Assembly (NCBI GenBank): GCA_963829265.1
Contig: CAWHIB010000010.1
Coordinates: forward strand, 216,028-280,027
Source: an uncultured Acidimicrobiaceae bacterium
GTDB lineage: Bacteria > Actinomycetota > Acidimicrobiia > Acidimicrobiales > RAAP-2
DNA: 64,000 bases
Direction: 5' to 3'
The first letter of the stretch is position 1, and every line of letters begins with the position of its first letter. Positions 33,418-42,737 of the stretch are shown here, one piece after another. The position numbers and the translations under genes are program-made. The notes beneath the pieces were generated by a model. That model had not been told where the DNA came from and searched no databases. It saw nothing but the letters and a program-made list of their open reading frames with translations.

Positions 33418-35286
33418 ATGGCTGCACGGCACACCCGGGACACCGACGGTCTGGAGGCGCTCTCCGGTGGCGGGGTGGCCACCATGGCCACCACCGATGT
33501 CGGGGCCCACAAGGCCCGGGCCCGCTCGGGTCGACTCCAGCGGCTGGCCGTGGTCCTCGGGATCGTGGCCGCCCTCCTCGTCCTGCGTGACCTGTTCGCC
33601 CCGGGCATGGCGCTCCCGAGTCCGTCGATCCCGCCGGCCCTCACCCCCTTCCTCGTGCCGCTGGCCCTGATCGTCGTCCTGACCATGGTGATGGTGGTCC
33701 CGATGGTCGTCGCCGGTCGGTCCCCCCACATCCTGTACCGACCCGACGAGCTCACCATGACCTTCGACGACGTCCGGGGGTCCGAAGGACTCGTCGAAGA
33801 GGTCACCAAGACCCTCAACCTGTTCCTCGCCTACCGCACGTTCAACGAACAGATGGGCGGCACTCCCCGAAAGGCCATCCTGTTCGAGGGACCTCCGGGA
33901 ACGGGCAAGACCTACATGGCCAAGGCCATGGCCTCCGAAGCCGGCGTGCCGTTCCTGTTCGTGTCCTCGTCGGCCTTCCAGTCCATGTTCTACGGGCAGA
34001 CGAACCGGAAGATCCGCGCCTACTTCAAGGAGCTGCGCCGCCAGGCCCGGCGCGAGGGCGGTGCCATCGGCTTCATCGAGGAGCTCGACGCCATCGGCGG
34101 CAAGCGGGGGTCCGGCTCGACCCAGGGCGAGGGCGTGCCCGGGGTGGTCAACGAGCTCCTGATCCAGCTGCAGTCGTTCGAGCAGACCCCGTGGTCGATC
34201 CGCTTCCGCGGCAAGATCGTCGAGGCCGTCAACGGCTGGCTGCCGGCGGGCCACAAGCTCGCCAAGCCGAGCTTCGTACCCGCCAACATCCTGGTGATCG
34301 GGGCGACCAACCGGGCCGAGGACCTCGACGCCGCGCTGGTGCGCCCGGGCCGGTTCGACCGCAACATCTACTTCGGGCTGCCCGGCCGGGCCGGGCGACG
34401 GGACATCTTCGACTACTACCTGGGCAAGAAGGCCCACGAGTCCGAGCTCGACGAGCCGGCCCGGCGCGAGACGCTGGCCGCCATGACCGCCGGGTACTCC
34501 CCGGTCATGATCGAGCACCTCCTCGACGAGGCCCTGGTGTGGGCGCTGCGCCGCGGGGCCAACCGGCTGTCCTGGCACGACCTCCAGCAGGCCAAGATGA
34601 CCGAGGAGATCGGGCTCGCCCAGCCGGTCGAGTACACCGAGGCGGAGCGCCGCTCCATCGCCACCCACGAGGCGGGGCACGCCACCGTGGCGTGGCTGGT
34701 CGGCAAGGGGCGCAAACTCGAGGTCCTGACCATCATCAAGCGCAAGGACGCCCTCGGGCTCCTCAGCCACTCCGAGACCGAGGAGCGGTTCACCAAGTCC
34801 AAGTCCGAGGTCCGGGCCATGATCGACATCGCCTTCGGCGGCATGGTGGCCGAGGAGCTGTTCTTCGGCGAGTCCTCCACCGGGGTGTCGAGCGACCTCC
34901 AGGCGGCCACCGTCAACGCCTGCCAGATGATCGGCCTGCTCGGCATGGGCAGCTCACTCATCTCGGTCGGGGCCATCGAGCACGCCGGCGGCGGACTGGT
35001 CGGCAAGGTGCTGTCCGACGAGGCCAGCCGCGCCGAGGTCGAGGAGCTCCTGCGGGAGGCCAAGGCATCGGTCACCACCATGCTGGACGAGCACCGACCG
35101 GTGGTCGAGGCCCTACGGGACGCCCTCCTGGTCCGGTCCGAGCTCATCGGCGAGGAGATCCTGGAGGTCATCCGGCGGTCTCAGGCCGACCGCGACATCC
35201 TGCCCGGCAGCCTCCGTGACCAGCCCCGCCTGCCGTCGGGCGCGTCGCCGCTGGCCCGGGTCGAGCGCGCCGACCCGGCCGACTGA
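33418..35286 (+). CDS. divergent FtsH-like AAA+ zinc metalloprotease
   Basis: ATG at 33418 in ORF 33154..35286. Two N-terminal TM segments, Walker A GPPGTGKT, an SRH region ATNRAEDLDAALVRPGRFD and zinc motif HEAGHA are present. It has an atypical Walker B (FIEELD) and an insertion of about 35 aa before the SRH. Confidence 0.85.
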   Translation: MAARHTRDTDGLEALSGGGVATMATTDVGAHKARARSGRLQRLAVVLGIVAALLVLRDLFAPGMALPSPSIPPALTPFLVPLALIVVLTMVMVVPMVVAGRSPHILYRPDELTMTFDDVRGSEGLVEEVTKTLNLFLAYRTFNEQMGGTPRKAILFEGPPGTGKTYMAKAMASEAGVPFLFVSSSAFQSMFYGQTNRKIRAYFKELRRQARREGGAIGFIEELDAIGGKRGSGSTQGEGVPGVVNELLIQLQSFEQTPWSIRFRGKIVEAVNGWLPAGHKLAKPSFVPANILVIGATNRAEDLDAALVRPGRFDRNIYFGLPGRAGRRDIFDYYLGKKAHESELDEPARRETLAAMTAGYSPVMIEHLLDEALVWALRRGANRLSWHDLQQAKMTEEIGLAQPVEYTEAERRSIATHEAGHATVAWLVGKGRKLEVLTIIKRKDALGLLSHSETEERFTKSKSEVRAMIDIAFGGMVAEELFFGESSTGVSSDLQAATVNACQMIGLLGMGSSLISVGAIEHAGGGLVGKVLSDEASRAEVEELLREAKASVTTMLDEHRPVVEALRDALLVRSELIGEEILEVIRRSQADRDILPGSLRDQPRLPSGASPLARVERADPAD

Positions 35287-35306
35287 ACCCCGGCCTCGTC
35301 AGCAGG

Positions 35307-36378
35307 TCACCACAGCGAATTCCAGTCGTCCGGCTCGAGGTAGCCGGTCGGGCCCGCGTCGGGTCGGACCACCCGGACGGTGTCGACGTCGATCCAGGTG
35401 GGCTCGTCGAATCCGGACTGGCGCCAATGGCGCACCGGGACCGACTTCCAGTCCCTGCTCTTGACCCCGCCGGCCGAATAGCCCGGGCGGACGAGCAGGT
35501 GGGTCGGGGAGCCGGCGACCACCACGCACGGACGGACCTTGCCCTCGAGGTCCGGATGCTCGGCGTCCGCGGCGTCGAACGGCACCCAGGCCAGGACCAC
35601 GCCCGCGGACCACGGGTCGTCGCGGTCGAACTCCTCCTCCTCGAGCGGCGTCAGGATCGGATGCCGGCGGCCCAGGGTGGGGAGCACCGGCGCCGACGCG
35701 GCGACCTCGCCCGATGCGTCGGGTCGCTCGATCGCCGCGGCCCGCTCCTTCTTCCGGGCCGAGCGGACCTGCTCCGCCGCCTTGGCCGCGGCATCGGCCT
35801 TCTTCCTCCGCTCCTCCGCATCCCGCTGCTTCTTGGCCCGCCGGGCCTCACGTTGCTCCTGGCTCGCCCCGGTGCCAGCCGGGACGCGCGCCGGGGACGG
35901 CTCGGCGACGGCCCGCTCGAACTCCTGCCAACCGGGCAGTGCGAACCGCTCGTCGCCGTCCAGGATCGAGAAGCACAGGTCGGAGGCCGGCATGTCGCCG
36001 TCGGCCACCGAGGCCAGCATCACGGTCACGGTCCGGTCGTCGAATTCACCGTCCCGCGGCGTCGATCGCCTCGAGGAGCTGTGCCCGGGTCGGGTCGTCG
36101 GCGTGCTCACCCAGTGCCTCGATGGTGGCAGCCAGGCAGGGCTCGGCGTACACGGCCGCCGCGTAGGGCAGGGCCGCCCGGTACTGGGCCTTGCCGAGCA
36201 CCGAGGCCGGGTCCCGGTGCTTGCGCAGGGCGGCCAGGGCGTTGGCGATCGGCTTGGCGATCGGGAAGCGGGGGTCGGCCACCCGCTGCAGCGACTCCTT
36301 GAGCGACCGGACGTCCACCCGGTCCAGTGCGGCCAGCAGCATCGCCTCTCGGGCGCTGTCGGTGATGGGGCCTTCCAT
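35307..36378 (-). CDS. hypothetical fusion protein with C-terminal PemK/MazF-like (SH3-barrel toxin fold) domain, one frameshift
   Basis: GGGAGGA RBS plus ATG at 36378 (MEGPITDSAREAM...). The frame switches near 36050 into ORF 35307..36716. A Lys/Arg/Glu/Ala-rich linker (REARRAKKQRDAEERRKKADAAAKAAEQ) is present. The C-terminus is VVLAWVPFDAADAEHPDLEGKVRPCVVVAGSPTHLLVRPGYS. Confidence 0.6.
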
Positions 36379-36504
36379 ACTGCCGGTCCTCCCGGGTCCG
36401 TGCCGCCCCGGTCGGGACGGCACCACGGTCGGCCATCTTCGCACCTGTCGGCACCCCCGCCGACCCGCCTCCCCCGCCGGCCGCCCGGGACGGGAGGGCC
36501 CCGG

Positions 36505-37947
36505 TCAGCGGGCGAAGGGTGGCGGGCCTCCGAATCGGTCGTGGAGGACGGTGCGCGCCGCGGCGACCCCGCACATCCCGTGCACGCCGGCCCCGGGCGG
36601 CGTCGACGACGAGCACAGGTAGACCCCGTCGACGGGCAGGCGGTACGGGTTCCACCGCAGCACGGGGCGGGAGAGGGTCTGGAGCACCGTGGAGGCCCCC
36701 CCACCGATGTCGCCACCGACGTGGTTGGGGTTGTGGTGGGCCATCCCGGCGGCGGTCACCGTGGAACGGGCCAGGACGAGGTCACCGAATCCGGGGGCGA
36801 ACCGCTCGATCTGGGCCTCGACCGACGCCGTCATGTCCCGGTCCGACCCCGAGGGCACGTGGCAGTAGGCCCAGAGTGTCTCGTTCGGCGGGCGGGCCCG
36901 GGTCGGGTCGACCACCCCGGGCTGGACCACGATGCTGTAGGGCCGGGCCGGATGGCGGCCGGCCCGGACCGCACCCTCGGACTCCGCCACCTCGGCCGCC
37001 GTCCCCCCGAGGTGGACGGTGGCCGCCGACCGGCACGCCTCGGCCGCCCAGGGGACCGGGCCCGACAGTGCCCAGTCGATCTTGCACACGCCGGGTCCGT
37101 GACGGAACCGCCCGATGGCCCGCCGGTAGGCGTCCGGCAGGGTCGGGCCGACCAGGTCGGGGAGCGCGCCGGGCGCCACGTCGAGCAGGACGGCCGCGGC
37201 GGACGGCAGATCGTCCAGTCGTCGGACCCACCGCCCCGTCTCCACCGTCCCCCCGAGGCGGCCCAGCTCGACCAGCAAGGCGTCGGTGACCCCCGCGCTC
37301 CCCCCGGCCACCACCGGCCACCCCACCGCGTGGGCGGCGGCGGTCAGCAACAGGGCCACCCCGGCGGTCACCGGGGCCGACAGGGGCTGCATGGCGTGGG
37401 CCCCGGCACCGGCCAGCAGGGCCCGGGCCGGCTCGTCCCCGAACCGGCCCACCAGGTGCTGGAGGCTCCGGGCCCCCTCCCACCCGAATCGGGCCGCCGT
37501 CAGCGGGCGGCGGGGCACGGTGCGCAACGGAGCGAGCGCCAGGGCGGCCAGGTCGCCGGCCCGGGTGACCAGCGGACCGAGCAGGCGCCGGTAGGCCGCA
37601 CCGTCGCGGCCGAGCGCGTCGGCGGTCTCCTCGAGCGAGCGGAAGGCGGCCACGGCCGTTCCCCCGTCCAGGGGGTGGGCGAAGGGGACCTCGGGCTGGC
37701 GCAGATCGGCGAGCAGGCCCGCGAAGGCCGGATCGGCGAAGAACGGCGACAGTGCCAGCAGCGGATGGACCGCCGAGCAGACGTCGTGGTGGAATCCGGG
37801 CAGGGTGCGCTCGTCGGTCCGGCAGCCGCCCCCCGGCCACGCCGCACCCTCCACCACGTGCACGGCGAGGCCGGCCCGGGCCAGGGTCACGGCTGCGGCC
37901 AGGCCGTTCGGGCCGGAGCCCACCACGACGGCGTCGAACCGTGTCAC
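36505..37947 (-). CDS. phytoene desaturase-family NAD(P)/FAD-dependent oxidoreductase
   Basis: Intact 480-aa ORF with the dinucleotide-binding N-terminus FDAVVVGSGPNGLAAAVTLARAG. Confidence 0.8.
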   Translation of the reverse strand: MTRFDAVVVGSGPNGLAAAVTLARAGLAVHVVEGAAWPGGGCRTDERTLPGFHHDVCSAVHPLLALSPFFADPAFAGLLADLRQPEVPFAHPLDGGTAVAAFRSLEETADALGRDGAAYRRLLGPLVTRAGDLAALALAPLRTVPRRPLTAARFGWEGARSLQHLVGRFGDEPARALLAGAGAHAMQPLSAPVTAGVALLLTAAAHAVGWPVVAGGSAGVTDALLVELGRLGGTVETGRWVRRLDDLPSAAAVLLDVAPGALPDLVGPTLPDAYRRAIGRFRHGPGVCKIDWALSGPVPWAAEACRSAATVHLGGTAAEVAESEGAVRAGRHPARPYSIVVQPGVVDPTRARPPNETLWAYCHVPSGSDRDMTASVEAQIERFAPGFGDLVLARSTVTAAGMAHHNPNHVGGDIGGGASTVLQTLSRPVLRWNPYRLPVDGVYLCSSSTPPGAGVHGMCGVAAARTVLHDRFGGPPPFAR

Positions 37948-38161
37948 CCGGTCACCACCGGGCCCACCGGGAACCGTCGGGACGAGTTGGCGGACCGGTC
38001 ACCCACCGATCCTCCCATCGGGTCGGGGATCCCGGGCAACTCCACCTTGGTTGCAGGAACGGGGATCTACGGGGAATGCGGATGAAATGGCGCGCACAGG
38101 GTGTTGAATGGGAGGTACACCAACGCGGTGGCGTGGACGAGACCATGAAAGGCAGTCGACC

Positions 38162-38485
38162 ATGGACCAGGAGCTTGCAGAGCAGACGGCGACGGCCGAC
38201 ACGGCCACCCCGGGGGACGCGCTGCGCGCCCTTCCCGCCGAGGCTGCCGGCCGCGGCACCCGTTTCGTCTCGGCCCAGGCCATGCAGGCCCGGCTCTTCT
38301 CGGTGTACGACGCCGCCGCGGCGGCCGAGGACGCCCTCTCCCTCGTCCAGGATCAGCTCACGCTCACCCTCAACCGCAGCTACTACGAGGCCGACGAGAT
38401 CGAACAGATGGCGCAGCAGCTCGACGCGCTGCTCGCCCTCGACACGGTCGAGCCCACCCAGGGGGAGCTCGTCTCCGACGAGTGA
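38162..38485 (+). CDS. hypothetical acidic helical protein (107 aa)
   Basis: GAAAGG RBS plus ATG at 38162 within ORF 38108..38485. I recognised no family. Confidence 0.45.
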   Translation: MDQELAEQTATADTATPGDALRALPAEAAGRGTRFVSAQAMQARLFSVYDAAAAAEDALSLVQDQLTLTLNRSYYEADEIEQMAQQLDALLALDTVEPTQGELVSDE

Positions 38486-38517
38486 CCCTGCGGCCGGTGG
38501 TCCCCGATGGGGGCCGT

Positions 38518-39567
38518 TCAGCCGATCAGTTCCTTGACCTTGGCGATCACGTCGACCTGGGTCTGGTCGCCGGTGGGCACCGGCACCACCTGCAGGTGGC
38601 TGACGCCTGCCGCCTTGAAGGCGGCGATCCGCTCGGCCACGTAGCTCTCCGGGCCGCACAGCGACATGGACTCGAGCAGGTCGTCCGGCACGAGCGCCTC
38701 GGCCTCGGCCTTCTTGCCGTCGAGGTAGAGGTCCTGGATCTTCTCGGCCTCCTCCTCGTAGCCGTAGCGCCGGACCACGTCGTTGTAGAAGTTCCGCCCC
38801 TTGGCGCCCATCCCGCCCACGTAGAGGGCGACCATGGGACGGGCCAGGTCCCGCAGCGCGACGACGTCGTCGCCCTCGCCGATGGCGACCATGCCCCCGA
38901 CCGTGATCTGCAGCGGATCGAGCGACGGGTCCCGCTTGGCCCGTCCCGCCTCGAGGGCGTCGCCCCACACCGTGTGGGCCTTCTCGGGCACGTACAGCAT
39001 GGGGATCCAGCCGTCGGCGATCTCGGCCGTCATGGCCACGTTCTTCTCCCCCAGTGACGCCACCCACACCGGGATCCGGGGTCGCACCGGGCGCCCGATG
39101 ATCTTGAGGGCCTTGCCGAGCCCGGTGCCCCGTCCCTCGGCCAGCGGCATGTCGTAGAACCGACCGTGGTGCTCGAGCGGTGCCTCACGGGCCCACACCT
39201 GGCGGCAGACGTCGACGATCTCCCGGGTCCGCCCGATCGGCGCGTCGAACGGCACGCCGTGCCAGCCCTCGATGACCTGGGGGCCCGAGGAGCCGAGGCC
39301 GAGGTGGAAGCGACCCTCGGACAGGGCGTCGACCCCGGCCGCGGTCATGGCCAGCAGGGTCGGGGTGCGGGTGAAGATCGGGAGGATGGCGGATCCGATC
39401 TCGACCGTCTCGGTCAGCGCGGCCAGATACCCCATCTGGCTCGGGCTGTCGATCCCGTAGGCCTCGGCCACCCACACCAGGTCCAGGCCCGCCTTCTCCA
39501 TCTCGGCGACCTGGGCGGCCGCCTTGCGGAAGCCACCGGCGTAGCTGAGCATCGTGCTGATCTTCAT
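38518..39567 (-). CDS. LLM class F420-dependent oxidoreductase
   Basis: Intact 349-aa ORF. The luciferase-like monooxygenase pattern is present (MKISTMLSYAGG..., GRFHLGLGSSGPQVIEGWHG). Confidence 0.85.
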   Translation of the reverse strand: MKISTMLSYAGGFRKAAAQVAEMEKAGLDLVWVAEAYGIDSPSQMGYLAALTETVEIGSAILPIFTRTPTLLAMTAAGVDALSEGRFHLGLGSSGPQVIEGWHGVPFDAPIGRTREIVDVCRQVWAREAPLEHHGRFYDMPLAEGRGTGLGKALKIIGRPVRPRIPVWVASLGEKNVAMTAEIADGWIPMLYVPEKAHTVWGDALEAGRAKRDPSLDPLQITVGGMVAIGEGDDVVALRDLARPMVALYVGGMGAKGRNFYNDVVRRYGYEEEAEKIQDLYLDGKKAEAEALVPDDLLESMSLCGPESYVAERIAAFKAAGVSHLQVVPVPTGDQTQVDVIAKVKELIG

Positions 39568-39904
39568 CGTCGTCCCCGATCGGTGCGGCTGTAGAACGTG
39601 CGACCCGACACTAGGGGACGACCCGGGGGTCGGACGTGCCCCACGGCGGCACCCCGGGAGGCACCGCCGTGGGAACGGTCGGACGGTGGCTTCAGCCCTT
39701 GACGGGGTACGTGGCCACGGTGCCGCAGGTGGCGGGTGTCGACTCGCCGTTCACCGACGTGACCGTGCCCTTCACGTCGAGCGCCGTCGACGGTGAACCC
39801 GCGCCATCGTCCCTTTGTTGCGGGCGACCCGACCACTCCCGGGGCAGTGCCACCTCGTCTCCAACGACGTGGCGGATGGCGGTCCCGTTACCGCGACGGG
39901 TGGG

Positions 39905-40723
39905 TCAGGGGAGCGGCGGGGCGAAGCGGACGCTCATGGACTGGCTGGCGGTGGCGAGCAGATTCCCCGACTCCGACCACAAGAAGGCGGTCCCCTGTCC
40001 GTAGCCATCGGCGAGGGCCTGGATCCGGATGTCGCACAACACCCACTCCGTGGGCTCGAGGCGGACCACACGCAAGGTGTTGTCGAGGCTGCGGGAGAAC
40101 ACGCGGCGGCCCAGCGGCTGGGCCATCCCCCCCGTCACGTAGTCGCCGAGGATGGCCAGGGTGGCGGCCGACGGTTCGAGGTGACCGGGCACCCGGGCCC
40201 ACAGCGCACTCGTCGGCTCCCCCGGGGTGGACGGCCCGCGGCTGATGTCCTCGAAACTCCGCCCCCGGGCCAGGCGGACGTCGATCTGGTCGAAGATCGA
40301 CGTGGTGAAGAACGACGGCAGCCGTCGGGGCGGGCACTCGTCGGGCGGGGGCACGTCGGGCGGCGCGTCCCACACGCCCTCGGCGTCCATCCCGCCCGGC
40401 AGGCCCAGGGCGGCGTTGACCGTCAGGATCTCGACGTCGCCCGCCATGCCCACGGCCCGGGCCTGGGTGACCCGGTTGCCGACGGCGGCCAGGGTGACGG
40501 TCAGGTCGAGGACGGAGTCGGTCGGGGCGAACGACAGGTACTGGCAGGTCGACCACACCGTCGGGCGACCGGCGGCGGCCTCCAGGGCGACCAGGGCGGC
40601 GGCGAGGCCACAGCCACCGAACAGGAAGTTGCCGGGGGTCGTCAGCTCGGGCACCACGTGCAGCCGCCAGTGGAGCGGGTCGCCGAGCTCCTCCATCCCG
40701 AGGAACTGACGGGCGTCGGTCAC
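39905..40723 (-). CDS. acyl-CoA thioesterase II-like (double hotdog)
   Basis: Intact 272-aa ORF. GNFLFGGCGLAAALVALE and the C-terminal LATASQSMSVR are typical of the TesB family. Confidence 0.75.
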   Translation of the reverse strand: MTDARQFLGMEELGDPLHWRLHVVPELTTPGNFLFGGCGLAAALVALEAAAGRPTVWSTCQYLSFAPTDSVLDLTVTLAAVGNRVTQARAVGMAGDVEILTVNAALGLPGGMDAEGVWDAPPDVPPPDECPPRRLPSFFTTSIFDQIDVRLARGRSFEDISRGPSTPGEPTSALWARVPGHLEPSAATLAILGDYVTGGMAQPLGRRVFSRSLDNTLRVVRLEPTEWVLCDIRIQALADGYGQGTAFLWSESGNLLATASQSMSVRFAPPLP

Positions 40724-40748
40724 CGGTCACCCCCGTGCCGGGGGCCGC

Positions 40749-41946
40749 TCAACTCCGCGGGACCTCGGCCCACGGGAGCTCCTTGTCCACCCGGACGTCA
40801 CCGGGCAGGCCGAGGATGCGCTCACCGAGGATGTTGCGCTGGATCTCCGACGTCCCGCCCTCGATGGAGTTGGCCCGGGACCGGAGGAAGAACTTCCGCG
40901 ACGTGCCGGGCGGACCGACCAGGCCCAGCACCTCGGAGCGGCGCATGGTGTAGTCGTACCCGACCATGGCGTCGGCGCCCAGCAGGTCGACGCACAGGTC
41001 GAAGACCCGCTTGTTCACCTCGGCGAACATGAGCTTGGCGATCGAACCCTCGGGTCCGGGATTGCCGGCCTTGCGGTTCTGGGAGGCGCGCATGTTGGTC
41101 AGGCGCAGGACCTCCATCTCGACCCACAGCTGCATCAGGCGCTCGCGCTCGACCGCGGTCCGCCGGGCACCCTGGCTCCGGAAGATGCGCACGGCCTCGG
41201 CGATCGATCCCGAGCCGCGGGGCGGGGCGCCGCCCCCACCGCCGATGGTGGTGCGCTCGTTGGACAGGGTGGTCATGGCCACCCGCCAGCCCTCGCCCAC
41301 GTCGCCGATGCGGTCGGCGTCCGGCACCCGGACCTCGGTCAGGTAGACCTCGTTGAACTCGGCTTCGCCGGTCATCTGGCGCAGTGGTCGCACCTCGACC
41401 CCCGGCGCGTGCATGTCGAGGGCGAAGTAGGTCAGGCCCTTGTGCTTGGGGAGGTCGGGGTCGGTACGGGCCACCAGCATCCCCCGGTCGGCGATGTGGG
41501 CCAGGGTGTTCCACACCTTCTGCCCGGAGATCACCCACTCGTCGCCGTCCCGCACGGCCCGGGTGGCGAGGCCGGCCAGGTCGGAGCCGGAGCCCGGCTC
41601 GCTGAACAGCTGGCACCAGGCCTCCTCGCCGGTGAACGTCCGCCGCAGCAGGCGGGTCCGCAGTTCGTCGGATCCGTGGGTCACCACCGTGGGGCCGGCC
41701 ATGGTCATGCCGAAGAACTCGCGTGCGCCGGCGGTGGTGGCTCCGGCGTCGCTCACGCGCCGGTCGACGATGCGCTGGAGGTTCGGCGGCAAGGCCGAGA
41801 CCCCCGAATCCCTCGGGAAAGGAGATCCAGGCCAGTCCGAGGTCGTACTGGCGGCCGCGGAACTCCTCGACCGGCACCGACCTCGGGTCGAGCTCCTCCA
41901 GGAGGCGGGTGACCCGCTCCTCGACGATCGTCGTGTCATCTGCCAT
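40749..41946 (-). CDS. acyl-CoA dehydrogenase, one frameshift
   Basis: Start MADDTTIVEERV at 41946, in the frame of ORF 40822..42138. It switches near 41790 to the frame of ORF 40749..42560. The C-terminal signature is GGTSEIQRNILGERILGLP. Confidence 0.85.
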
Positions 41947-42016
41947 GGGCAGAACATACCGCCCGGGGGACGACACGGCCCAGGTGCGGCCGGTCGCCGG
42001 AGCCGGCGGCCGGCGG

Positions 42017-42649
42017 TCAGGGCTGGAGGCGCCGCACACGCCAGCCGTCGCCGTCGACGTCGTAGCGGACACGGTCGTGGAGGCGGCTGACTCCCTGCTG
42101 CCAGAACTCGAAGGTGCGGGGCGTGATCCGCCAACCACCCCACCAGTCCGGTCGGGGCACGTCGCCCTGGGCGAACGTGGCCGACCAGGTCGTCATCCCG
42201 GCGTCCAGATCGGCCCGGCTCCCGATGGGACGGCTCTGGTGGGAGGCGTAGGCACCGATGCGGCTGCCCAGGTCCCGGGAGGCGAAGTAGGCGTCGGACT
42301 CGGCCCCGGAGGTCCGGGTGACCGACCCCTCGATGCGCACCTGGCGGCCGAGGGCCTCCCAGTAGAAGAGGAGGGCGGCCTCGGGGTTGGCCTCGAGGTC
42401 GTGGCTCTTGTGCCCGTCGTAGTTCGTGTAGAAGACGAAGCCGTCGGCACCCCACGACTTGAGCAGCACCATGCGCACCGAGGGCCGTCCCTCGGCGTCG
42501 GCGGTGGCCAGTGCCATGGCCTCGGGAGCGTCCACCGCCCGGCCGGCCCGTTCGTACCACGTGGCGAACTGGACCAGCGGATCAGGGTCGACCGTCCGCT
42601 CGTCGAGCGTCCCGTCGTCGGACCCGTTCGGCGGCTGTGCGGCGTCCAT
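42017..42649 (-). CDS. pdxH: pyridoxamine 5'-phosphate oxidase
   Basis: Lies within ORF 42017..42850 from M68 (MDAAQPP). Motifs RMVLLK, QVRIEG and WGGWRITPRTFEFWQ are present. Confidence 0.9.
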   Translation of the reverse strand: MDAAQPPNGSDDGTLDERTVDPDPLVQFATWYERAGRAVDAPEAMALATADAEGRPSVRMVLLKSWGADGFVFYTNYDGHKSHDLEANPEAALLFYWEALGRQVRIEGSVTRTSGAESDAYFASRDLGSRIGAYASHQSRPIGSRADLDAGMTTWSATFAQGDVPRPDWWGGWRITPRTFEFWQQGVSRLHDRVRYDVDGDGWRVRRLQP

Positions 42650-42737
42650 GGCACCGACCCTACGTGACGGTGGCAGCGGCCCGCGTCGCTGGCCGGGGTC
42701 GGCAGTCACCGCAGGGCCCGGCGCTAGCCTCCGGGAC

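Noticed and set aside
32104-34770. Very long antisense ORFs. Examples are 32104..34770(-) 888 aa, 29491..31989(+) 832 aa, 35539..38085(+) 848 aa, 7862..9868(-) 668 aa, 10618..12384(-) 588 aa and 839..2368(+) 509 aa.
   Set aside because: These are Arg/Pro/Gly/Ala-rich shadow ORFs opposite genes with clear family motifs. Stop-codon scarcity in very GC-rich DNA explains them. No domain signatures are visible.
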